DNA of 64,000 nucleotides. Origin: a virus. The stretch's first letter is position 1. Every line of letters starts with the position of its first letter. The notes under the pieces are model-generated. The model ran no database searches. It was given only the letters and a program-made list of their open reading frames with translations, and was not told the origin of the DNA. Positions 1-6,541 of this stretch are shown here, piece after piece. The position numbers were made by a program, and so were the translations under genes. The stretch covers positions 1 to 64,000 of the IMG/VR virus record IMGVR_UViG_3300008267_000003, one strand, 5' to 3'.

Positions 1-1
1 C

Positions 2-130
2 TACGACTTCCTGGAAGCGCTGACATTCATCCTCAACTACGAGGAAGAGTATCCATCTGAGATCCGTCGTGAGCTGAAGGAGTTCATGCGTGACGGTGCC
101 CGTATGTTCGCAACCAAGGAGGCTGCATAA
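2..130 (+). CDS. Hypothetical early protein, 5'-truncated
   Basis: Open frame YDFLEALTFILNYEEEY...FATKEAA* ending at TAA 128-130, which overlaps the next ATG. Confidence 0.6.
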   Translation, partial: YDFLEALTFILNYEEEYPSEIRRELKEFMRDGARMFATKEAA

Positions 131-522
131 TGAATGCGTGGCAGTGGAAGATCCAGCAGCGAGTCAACGAGACTAAATTGATTGAAGGAGACAGCATGAG
201 TAAGCGTAAAGAGACCAAAGAAGAATTCGCGGCACGAGTAATTGAAGGCGTAGCCAAGGCACTGAGCAAACGAAAAGACCTGGTTGAAGCCGGCCGCAAA
301 GAACGTGAAGAAGCCCGTAAAGAAGCTCGCAGATTAGCAAGGGAGGCAGAAGACTTCGACAATATTGAACAAATCAAAGCCAAAATTCAAGAGTTAGAAG
401 CAGAACAGGAAGAAAACGAATATGGTTCTTTTGCTTATGACAGTGTAGACGCTGAACTGCAATTTTTATACGGAAAGTTAGATAAAATTAAAAAGCAAGG
501 GAGGCAGCATGAGTACTGGTGA
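130..522 (+). CDS. Hypothetical charged/coiled-coil protein (start may be downstream at MSKRK)
   Basis: 130-aa ORF, E/K/R-rich; GAAGGAGA SD precedes the internal ATG. Confidence 0.6.
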   Translation: MNAWQWKIQQRVNETKLIEGDSMSKRKETKEEFAARVIEGVAKALSKRKDLVEAGRKEREEARKEARRLAREAEDFDNIEQIKAKIQELEAEQEENEYGSFAYDSVDAELQFLYGKLDKIKKQGRQHEYW

Positions 523-682
523 ATATCTGACTCGTCTGCACATGGCCCGGGAGTCTATCTCGCAGGCCATTCAGGATCTGAACCAGGTTGATGGCCTGGT
601 GGCTGTGAAGGAAGAGCTGTGGAACTGCGCTAGTGAGATTGAGAGTGAGATGAGTGAACTGTTGTCATTGGAGGATGCATGA
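509..682 (+). CDS. Hypothetical 57-aa protein (not in ORF track)
   Basis: GGGAGG SD; MSTGEYLTRLHMARESIS...LSLEDA*; ATGA overlap with the next gene. Confidence 0.65.
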   Translation: MSTGEYLTRLHMARESISQAIQDLNQVDGLVAVKEELWNCASEIESEMSELLSLEDA

Positions 683-945
683 TTATTGAGCCATCAGATG
701 TAGCAGGGAGTCACCGCACCGGGACACTAAGCAATGTAACTGTGGCAGATATATCGCGGGTACTGGGCTTCGAGGCTAACATAGAGGATGACCCCTACAA
801 GGTGGTGAATAGCTGGGGGTTCACGGTAGACGGAGAACGTTGCGCTATCTGGGACTATAAAGGCAGCCACATGTACAACAGCTTCTCAACGTTTGGCCCT
901 AAGGCAGTATTTGAACAACTATTTGGAATGGAGAATGTACAATGA
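679..945 (+). CDS. Hypothetical phage protein
   Basis: 88 aa, GGAGG SD, translationally coupled; W..CAIWDYKG-type motif typical of small T4-like early proteins. Confidence 0.7.
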   Translation: MIIEPSDVAGSHRTGTLSNVTVADISRVLGFEANIEDDPYKVVNSWGFTVDGERCAIWDYKGSHMYNSFSTFGPKAVFEQLFGMENVQ

Positions 946-1097
946 GCAACGTAATGAGCTGGACTGTGTTCCAACTGATGACGGACACAGCTGTCCTGGA
1001 GCAGGCACGGCATACTAACGAAGATGTTAAAGCAATCATGCTGCAGCTGGAGCGTAAGCTGGATGCCATCATCGCACGGGAGTCAGCTAATGCGTGA
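942..1097 (+). CDS. Hypothetical 51-aa protein (not in ORF track)
   Basis: GGAG SD, ATGA overlap; MSNVMSWTVFQLM...ARESANA*. Confidence 0.6.
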   Translation: MSNVMSWTVFQLMTDTAVLEQARHTNEDVKAIMLQLERKLDAIIARESANA

Positions 1098-1173
1098 TGT
1101 CGATGACTACGTAGTGGCAGTCTGTATCTTCGCTGCGGGCTTCGTACTGGGCATGCTGGTGTTTTCTGCCTAG
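1090..1173 (+). CDS. Small membrane peptide, 27 aa
   Basis: GGGAG SD; MRDVDDYVVAVCIFAAGFVLGMLVFSA*, one hydrophobic stretch. Confidence 0.5.
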   Translation: MRDVDDYVVAVCIFAAGFVLGMLVFSA

Positions 1174-1176
1174 ATA

Positions 1177-1395
1177 GCTTTTTAGCCAAAAGCCACTGCG
1201 GCAGCCTGCCCTAAGCCCGCGCCCGGGGGGGCCAAATGGCTGCGGCGGCCTCTAGTCAGCTACGGCCGTATACTAGCCCTCCGCTGGATACACCCATATA
1301 CCTCTGTATACCTCTGTATATGGCTGTGTAAGGCTTCTTAAATCAAGCCTTATCCCGTTATGGCTCGATTTAAGCGCACGCGGGGGGCAAAATGG
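1177..1395. repeat. GC-rich non-coding island with hairpins, flanking imperfect direct repeats and a 10-bp tandem repeat
   Basis: taagcccgcgcccgggggggccaaatgg (1212-1239) vs taagcgcacgcggggggcaaaatgg (1371-1395); palindrome tacggccgta 1261-1270; (tatacctctg)x2; taaggctt/aagcctta 1329-1352. Confidence 0.7.
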
Positions 1396-1424
1396 TTGAC
1401 TTTTCTGTAATTCCTGTTTACACT
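1396..1424 (+). promoter_or_regulatory. Sigma70-type early promoter
   Basis: TTGACT-N17-TACACT. Confidence 0.75.
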
Positions 1425-1481
1425 GAATTTTTTTCACGCAAAAAATCATCCCAATATGCATGTTACTAATTTATTAACACA

Positions 1482-1664
1482 ATGAGATATCTGCTGTATG
1501 ATGATGATGGGGTGTTGCTGCGTAAGTTCTGGAGTAGAGAGGCTGCAGAGAAGTTCCTGCAAGATGGCTATAGAGTCGTTGAGTTGAAGAAACCTAAGAG
1601 GGTACGTAATCCTAGAGTTTCTGTATCAGAGATGTTTGCTGATCTTGGTGAGCCTCCTTTTTGA
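1482..1664 (+). CDS. Hypothetical protein
   Basis: 60-aa ORF directly downstream of the promoter; ends ...LGEPPF. Confidence 0.6.
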   Translation: MRYLLYDDDGVLLRKFWSREAAEKFLQDGYRVVELKKPKRVRNPRVSVSEMFADLGEPPF

Positions 1665-1665
1665 T

Positions 1666-1914
1666 CTATTTCTTGACTTCCTTTTCATCTTGTTTTTTTA
1701 CTACATTTCTGAGTCCAGGATCCTTCTCTAGATCTGGAAGCTTCATACCAGACATCCCAGAAGCCATTACAGCATCAGAAGGCATATCAACTCCATACTT
1801 ACTTTTGAATTTTGACTGCCACGAAACTCCACCACCCCCACCACCATCAGCTTCTGGTTGCCTGTATTGCTTGGGTTCTGATACTTCGTTAATGTAATCT
1901 GCGAATCGTTTCAT
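1666..1914 (-). CDS. Putative internal head protein with capsid-targeting-like N-terminus
   Basis: MKRFADYINE resembles the T4 internal-protein CTS (MKTYQEFIAE); TATAAATA late promoter upstream; AGGG SD. Confidence 0.6.
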   Translation of the reverse strand: MKRFADYINEVSEPKQYRQPEADGGGGGGVSWQSKFKSKYGVDMPSDAVMASGMSGMKLPDLEKDPGLRNVVKKQDEKEVKK

Positions 1915-1933
1915 TTGTTAACCCTGATATATG

Positions 1934-1962
1934 TTGACCTATATTGTATTTATACGTATAAT
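1934..1962 (+). promoter_or_regulatory. Sigma70-type early promoter
   Basis: TTGACC-N17-TATAAT. Confidence 0.8.
1947..1954 (-). promoter_or_regulatory. T4-type late promoter
   Basis: TATAAATA on the minus strand, 32 nt upstream of the ATG at 1914. Confidence 0.7.
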
Positions 1963-2000
1963 CACTTTGTTGGGTTTCTGAATACTATTATTACGGGGTA

Positions 2001-2198
2001 ATGATTATGTTTAAATATATTGAAGATCTAGATAGGCATATATTGGATAAGAGGTGTGATAAGATGCTGAATGACATTATTCATCAAGTCAATACACGCT
2101 TTGGTAAGGCGACTAAGAAACTATCACGTAATGATTACAACCACATGCGTATGAAGCTGAGGGAAGAGCTTGATTGCTGGTATTGTGATGAATACTAA
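2001..2198 (+). CDS. Hypothetical protein
   Basis: 65-aa ORF after the promoter, GGGG SD. Confidence 0.55.
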   Translation: MIMFKYIEDLDRHILDKRCDKMLNDIIHQVNTRFGKATKKLSRNDYNHMRMKLREELDCWYCDEY

Positions 2199-2201
2199 TT
2201 A

Positions 2202-2450
2202 ATGGAGTATATGATGCTGGTACCAAAGACGTATCAACTGCTGGAGCGTTGTATAGAGGATGGGATTGCAATGGGGTATACCAGAGCCTTTAAACATGAT
2301 AGTTGTCCCAGCGAAGATACTATCAAAGACAATATCCAACGGGAAGTAATGAATGAGATTCATCAGTGGTTTGATATTAAAGAACTTAGTATTGATAAGA
2401 ATCGCAGAATCGATAAGACAATCAGAAAACACTTCGGAGTTGAAGAATGA
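2202..2450 (+). CDS. Hypothetical protein ending KHFGVEE
   Basis: 82 aa; ATGA overlap with the next gene. Confidence 0.65.
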   Translation: MEYMMLVPKTYQLLERCIEDGIAMGYTRAFKHDSCPSEDTIKDNIQREVMNEIHQWFDIKELSIDKNRRIDKTIRKHFGVEE

Positions 2451-2674
2451 ACATAACAGAACTTTTTGAACAACAAATTGCAGGTGGTGCCACAGACAAC
2501 TTTTTCTATGGCACTGAGATTGACGGCACTGTGAGGATTGAACGGCATCGTGGCACAATTGATTCACTGAGATTGACAGGACTAGAGTTTGATAGAATGA
2601 TGGGATCTACTCCGTTCTTTAGACCCTGTGCTTACGATGAACAGGGTGGTGAGCAGGGCTGGGCTGAACGATGA
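2447..2674 (+). CDS. Hypothetical protein
   Basis: 75 aa, coupled by ATGA overlaps on both sides. Confidence 0.6.
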   Translation: MNITELFEQQIAGGATDNFFYGTEIDGTVRIERHRGTIDSLRLTGLEFDRMMGSTPFFRPCAYDEQGGEQGWAER

Positions 2675-2871
2675 ACGAACGAATCCGAGAACTTGAATCT
2701 CAATGTTGGGAACCACGACAGTATGGTCCTGCTTGGTTCGACTCAGAAAAGTTCGCCGAGTTGATTGTTCGGGAATGTATTGAACAAGTTATTACTGGAC
2801 CAAACGGACCTGCTTATTATGCTGTGGAAGCGGCTTTACGATTAAAGGAACATTTTGGAGTTGAACTATGA
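2671..2871 (+). CDS. Small phage protein of the MNERIREL...FAELIVREC...HFGV type
   Basis: Paralogous to 3316-3534 in this window. Confidence 0.7.
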   Translation: MNERIRELESQCWEPRQYGPAWFDSEKFAELIVRECIEQVITGPNGPAYYAVEAALRLKEHFGVEL

Positions 2872-3056
2872 ATGACCAAGTGATGCGAGCCAGATGCGAA
2901 GCCTTGGTCGTAGCAATGGTAGGTCAAGAACTTGCACCTCGGTGGTGGACTGGTCCCAACAAGGCATTTGGCGGTGATACGCCAGAACAGATGTACTCTG
3001 TGGCACCCAGTGCTGTGTATGCCTACTTGATGAAAAGCGCAGAAGGAGAGTGGTGA
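2868..3056 (+). CDS. Possible stand-alone antitoxin Xre/MbcA/ParS C-terminal (DUF2384)-like domain
   Basis: WWTGPNKAFGGDTPEQM resembles the W..PN.ALGG.TP motif. Confidence 0.5.
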   Translation: MNDQVMRARCEALVVAMVGQELAPRWWTGPNKAFGGDTPEQMYSVAPSAVYAYLMKSAEGEW

Positions 3057-3319
3057 TGAACAGACTGGAAATACTAGAAGAAGTATATGGCAAATGTGAG
3101 TGGTCGGAATCAGCCCTGACAAATCTTCTGCGTGTGATGGAACTTACCAGAGAAGATGAACGCATACATCAGATGCAGAACATGGAAGAACATCAGCGAT
3201 TTTTGGTAGAGCAGATTGTTGACCTCTTGATGATTCAGCATCAAGCCGTAGCCGGAGACCATAACTATTGGCATGTGGCTGCGAACCTGATTAAGGCAGA
3301 ATATGGAGTACAAGAATGA
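3050..3319 (+). CDS. Hypothetical protein (likely ATG at 3056)
   Basis: 89-aa ORF coupled to its neighbours. Confidence 0.6.
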   Translation: MVMNRLEILEEVYGKCEWSESALTNLLRVMELTREDERIHQMQNMEEHQRFLVEQIVDLLMIQHQAVAGDHNYWHVAANLIKAEYGVQE

Positions 3320-3534
3320 ATATTATTGAAGACCTGGCAGCTAAAGCAAGAACGAGTGTACCTGATGGCCTAGAGGTGGATGTTTGGGTTGCACAGTATA
3401 ATAAAAATTTTGCCGACTTGATCTTGAAGGAATGTTTGGATCTGTGCTATAATAATGGCATGAATGATTCCCTGTATGAAGGTCAGCTGAAGGCTGCAGG
3501 GTATATCGAAAAGCACTTTGGGATTGAGAAATGA
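3316..3534 (+). CDS. Small phage protein, paralog of 2671-2871
   Basis: FADLILKEC...KHFGIEK. Confidence 0.65.
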   Translation: MNIIEDLAAKARTSVPDGLEVDVWVAQYNKNFADLILKECLDLCYNNGMNDSLYEGQLKAAGYIEKHFGIEK

Positions 3535-3731
3535 TTGAAACTAGCACACGCAAAGCAAAGTTCATGTACCTAAAACCATATTGCCATCACTCTAAAGAAC
3601 ACGACTGCATGGAAGTGACTGAGTGGTCAAACGGTGAAGGGGTAGATGTCAACATTGACGATAAAAAGCACTTCTCTCTAACCTGGGGAGAGTTGGAAGC
3701 ACTCCAGGTATTAATTAATTACAAGGAATAA
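3531..3731 (+). CDS. Hypothetical protein
   Basis: EVTEWSNGEGVDV...FSLTWGE motif; ATGA overlap. Confidence 0.65.
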   Translation: MIETSTRKAKFMYLKPYCHHSKEHDCMEVTEWSNGEGVDVNIDDKKHFSLTWGELEALQVLINYKE

Positions 3732-3733
3732 TT

Positions 3734-3910
3734 ATGATATATAGAATTATAGGCTGGTTCAAAGCAAACTGGAAACCAATTGGATATACCATTGGTATTA
3801 TTAATATATTGAGCGGACTGTCAGATATCATGACAGGTAGCTATTTAATGGGTGGATTTTGGATTGGTCTTGGATCGTTTATTATCTACGATGCCTGGAC
3901 AGCAAACTAG
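3734..3910 (+). CDS. Small membrane protein, 58 aa (not in ORF track)
   Basis: AAGGA SD; MIYRIIGWFKANWKPIGYTIGIINILSG...; two hydrophobic segments. Confidence 0.6.
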   Translation: MIYRIIGWFKANWKPIGYTIGIINILSGLSDIMTGSYLMGGFWIGLGSFIIYDAWTAN

Positions 3911-4104
3911 AACGTACTGTTGGGAGTTAAGTAATCCTTGTACGTACACGATGCACTAACCTTAGTACCTTTGAGAGTCAATGCAGATACCGCCCTATCT
4001 TTTTCAGCAAGGCACTCAGCTTCGGTCCTATATAAATTGAATACAGAACCCTTATGATTGTTTGGCGTCTCTATAGAGAGTACTACTAATAAAAGCATCC
4101 ACAT
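3907..4104 (-). CDS. Small exported/membrane protein, probably late and leaderless
   Basis: MWMLLLVVLS...TEAECLAEK...SASC; GATAAATA lies 5 nt upstream of the ATG at 4104. Confidence 0.5.
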   Translation of the reverse strand: MWMLLLVVLSIETPNNHKGSVFNLYRTEAECLAEKDRAVSALTLKGTKVSASCTYKDYLTPNSTF

Positions 4105-4119
4105 ACAGGTATTTATCAA

Positions 4120-4302
4120 ATGATTAGGAAAATAAGACAGTGTTGCAACAACGAATGTAACAACAATACCCACTGCGAAGAAGATGCGTGGAGACGCTAC
4201 CAGAAACAACGTATGGAAATGTATAAACTACTGTTGTCTAGCAAGGTGTTCCTATATACACTAGGGATTGTTATTGGCTTTATTATTGGAAAATTAACAT
4301 GA
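4120..4302 (+). CDS. Hypothetical membrane protein with Cys-rich N-terminus
   Basis: CCNNECNNNTHC plus a C-terminal hydrophobic helix. Confidence 0.55.
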   Translation: MIRKIRQCCNNECNNNTHCEEDAWRRYQKQRMEMYKLLLSSKVFLYTLGIVIGFIIGKLT

Positions 4303-4709
4303 GATATAGTACCAAAGGTATTCATAGTAATAGCTTTCAAGGAGACTACAAGCGTGTTCTTACTGTATGTTCTGCTGGTATCCTACGCTCAGCAACTGCT
4401 GCTCACGTCCTTTGCGGTGATCCATGGAATTGCAACACTAGAAACGCTGGGACAGCTTCCTATGCCCTTATTCCTGTGACAGAGGACTTGCTGATGTGGG
4501 CTGATGAGATTGTCTGCATGGAGAGTGAGCATGCAATCCATGTACGCGATAAGATGATGGAATGGATGATTCCCGAGAAACGAATCATCACACTCAACAT
4601 CGAAGACATCTACGATTACAGAAATCCAGAGCTCATTCAATTAATCAAAGACGGGTACGAAGCAGCACACGCACTCGATCCAATTATAACCGATGAAGAG
4701 GATGAATAG
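4299..4709 (+). CDS. Low-molecular-weight protein-tyrosine-phosphatase-like protein
   Basis: P-loop VLTVCSAGILRSATA (CX5R), WADEIVCME, I.D.Y motif. Confidence 0.8.
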   Translation: MRYSTKGIHSNSFQGDYKRVLTVCSAGILRSATAAHVLCGDPWNCNTRNAGTASYALIPVTEDLLMWADEIVCMESEHAIHVRDKMMEWMIPEKRIITLNIEDIYDYRNPELIQLIKDGYEAAHALDPIITDEEDE

Positions 4710-4711
4710 AC

Positions 4712-4930
4712 ATGCCATGTATTACTGTATCCAAAGAGATTGACATTGATGTTGATATCGAAGAATTTGATGATCATGACTTGCTAGACGAGCTTGAGTC
4801 TCGAGGTCTTGGAATGTCATCTGAAAGCATCAAGATAATTGAAAAGATATGGCAGCTACGCAGAACCAACCAACCGTATGATCATCTGATGGATGATTTG
4901 ATTGGATCGGCCATAGGAAAACTGGTGTAG
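4712..4930 (+). CDS. Hypothetical acidic protein
   Basis: DVDIEEFDDHDLLDELESRG motif common in small phage ORFs. Confidence 0.65.
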   Translation: MPCITVSKEIDIDVDIEEFDDHDLLDELESRGLGMSSESIKIIEKIWQLRRTNQPYDHLMDDLIGSAIGKLV

Positions 4931-4963
4931 AATACCGCAGAAACTGCGGGTTGGATGAGACTG

Positions 4964-4992
4964 TTGACTTAATATCGTTTAATGTTGAGAAT
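4964..4992 (+). promoter_or_regulatory. Sigma70-type promoter for the DUF932 gene
   Basis: TTGACT-N17-GAGAAT; ccgcag/ctgcgg hairpin at 4935-4949. Confidence 0.55.
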
Positions 4993-5036
4993 AGTCAATG
5001 TTGTATCACATTTAATTCACTTTTTGGAGATATATT

Positions 5037-5996
5037 ATGGCACACTTAGTTGAAACTATGGCGTACGCAGGCGAAGTTCCTTGGCACGGTCTTGGTAAAC
5101 CTGTCCCAGCCGACCTTTCCCCCGCTCAAATGCTGGATGCTGCGGGCTTGAACTGGTCTGTTGACAAGATTCCAGCCTATGCTGATATCATGGGTAAGCA
5201 AGTTTACACCGGTAAAGACGCTCTGGTGCGCTCTACTGACGGTAAAATCCTGGATGTCGTGTCGCAAGACTGGAATCCTCTGCAGAATGAAGAGGCTTTT
5301 GAGTTCTTTAACGACTTTGTATGCTCGGGTGACATGGAGATGCACACGGCTGGATCGCTGAAAAACGGTCAAATTGTGTGGGCTCTCGCTAAAGTGAAGG
5401 AGAGTTTTAATGTTTTCAACGGTGATCAGGTGGATTCATATCTACTTTTTACTCTCCCTCACAAGTTCGGTCAATCTATTGATGTTCGCTTCACTCCAAT
5501 ACGTGTGGTCTGCAACAATACTCTTACCCTTTCACTTAGTTCTAAGTCGGATAATATGGTAAAAGTGTCTCACCGCCGTGCTTTTGACGGTGACCAGGTG
5601 AAGCAGACGCTCGGTATTGCATCTGAGAAGCTTGCAAAGTACAAGGAAATGGCTAAGTTCCTGGGTTCTAAGAAGTATAAGCAGGAATCTGTGGTCGAAT
5701 ACTTCAACCGTATCTTCCCTGTCAATGCTTATGGCCGTTCTAAGAACGAGGAAACCGCTATCAAGAAGGAGTTGTCGAAGTCCGCAACGCTGGCTCTCGA
5801 GGCTCTACACGAGCAACCTGGTGCTAAGTTCGCTGAGGGCTCCTGGTGGCAGGCGTTTAACGCTGTTACCTTCCTGACTGACCACGTTGTTGGTCGTACA
5901 CAAGAGGGTCGTCTGACATCTGCTTGGTACGGTCCTAACAAAACACTCAAAGTTAAAGCTCTTGAGACCGCTGTTGAGATGGCTGAAGTAGCGTAA
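5037..5996 (+). CDS. DUF932 family phage/plasmid protein
   Basis: MAY.GE.PWHGLG, LQN.EAF.FF, TAGSLKNG..VW.LA, TPIRVVCNNTL, W.AFNAVT motifs. Confidence 0.85.
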   Translation: MAHLVETMAYAGEVPWHGLGKPVPADLSPAQMLDAAGLNWSVDKIPAYADIMGKQVYTGKDALVRSTDGKILDVVSQDWNPLQNEEAFEFFNDFVCSGDMEMHTAGSLKNGQIVWALAKVKESFNVFNGDQVDSYLLFTLPHKFGQSIDVRFTPIRVVCNNTLTLSLSSKSDNMVKVSHRRAFDGDQVKQTLGIASEKLAKYKEMAKFLGSKKYKQESVVEYFNRIFPVNAYGRSKNEETAIKKELSKSATLALEALHEQPGAKFAEGSWWQAFNAVTFLTDHVVGRTQEGRLTSAWYGPNKTLKVKALETAVEMAEVA

Positions 5997-6003
5997 ACGG
6001 TAA

Positions 6004-6073
6004 AACTGGGTAATAATCAGTCGTGTTTAATGATTTTACCCAGTTGATATCTGTGATCACTCTAATATATAAT
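6004..6073 (+). promoter_or_regulatory. Inverted repeat plus sigma70 promoter upstream of pqqA/tmRNA
   Basis: aactgggtaa...ttacccagtt inverted repeat overlapping TTGATA(6044)-N18-TATAAT(6068-6073). Confidence 0.6.
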
Positions 6074-6115
6074 GTCTGATGTGCGCGTTGCACATTATTT
6101 AACTAGGAGAATGAA

Positions 6116-6190
6116 ATGGCTTGGACTACACCTTCAGCACAAGATATGCGTTTTGGTTTTGAAATCACCATGTATATTGCAAATCGTTAA
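6116..6190 (+). CDS. pqqA: Pyrroloquinoline quinone precursor peptide PqqA
   Basis: AGGAGA SD at 6105-6110; MAWTTPSAQDMRFGFEITMYIANR* with W-x-x-P leader, R-x-G-F-E and the E-x3-Y core. Confidence 0.95.
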   Translation: MAWTTPSAQDMRFGFEITMYIANR

Positions 6191-6204
6191 TTTGTAGTAA
6201 AGAA

Positions 6205-6493
6205 TTGTTGTAATCCCTTCAAAGTGAAGGCATTCTGGACGAGGGTTCGATTCCCTCCATCTCCACCAGAAGTACATAGTTGTCCTAGATGAAAGAAACC
6301 TCTTAGGGCTCTAGCGGGGATTGTGTACTTCTGATGGGGATGACCTGGTTTCGACAGGGTGAGATAGCAGAGACGGCAACACAGTAGGCGATGACTGTAA
6401 ATCAAGCAAAATATGTATCCGCAAACGACAGCGAGTACGCTCTAGCAGCTTAAGCTCTAGATGGGGTTGGTCACCTTATTACCCAACAACCAG
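6205..6493 (+). ncRNA. ssrA: Circularly permuted two-piece tmRNA
   Basis: Acceptor piece first: T-arm GAGGG-TTCGATT-CCCTC 6241-6257, CATCTCC-A-CCA ending 6268. Intervening hairpin 6269-6335. Coding piece starts GGGGATGACCTGGTTTCGAC at 6336, giving G3.U70; tag ANDSEYALAA* at 6421-6453. Outer ends approximate. Confidence 0.93.
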
Positions 6494-6520
6494 TAGGCAG
6501 CTTCGGCTGCCTATTTTTTT
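6494..6520 (+). terminator. Rho-independent terminator
   Basis: taggcagc-TTCG-gctgccta followed by T7. Confidence 0.9.
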
Positions 6521-6541
6521 GAATACCGATAGGAGAATAAT

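Noticed and set aside
1273-1461. 62-aa minus-strand ORF across the GC island
   Set aside because: No SD, overlaps a promoter and hairpins, and has no protein-like features
6111-6197. Alternative 28-aa ORF MKWLGLH... overlapping pqqA
   Set aside because: Its ATG directly abuts the SD (0-nt spacing) and shows no motif; the 6116 frame has proper spacing and matches PqqA
6241-6268. Stand-alone tRNA gene or attachment-site remnant (T-arm plus CCA)
   Set aside because: No anticodon arm or upstream acceptor strand; the partner strand lies downstream at 6336, which fits a permuted tmRNA
6187-6405. 72-aa minus-strand ORF in the track
   Set aside because: Antisense shadow of the tmRNA gene
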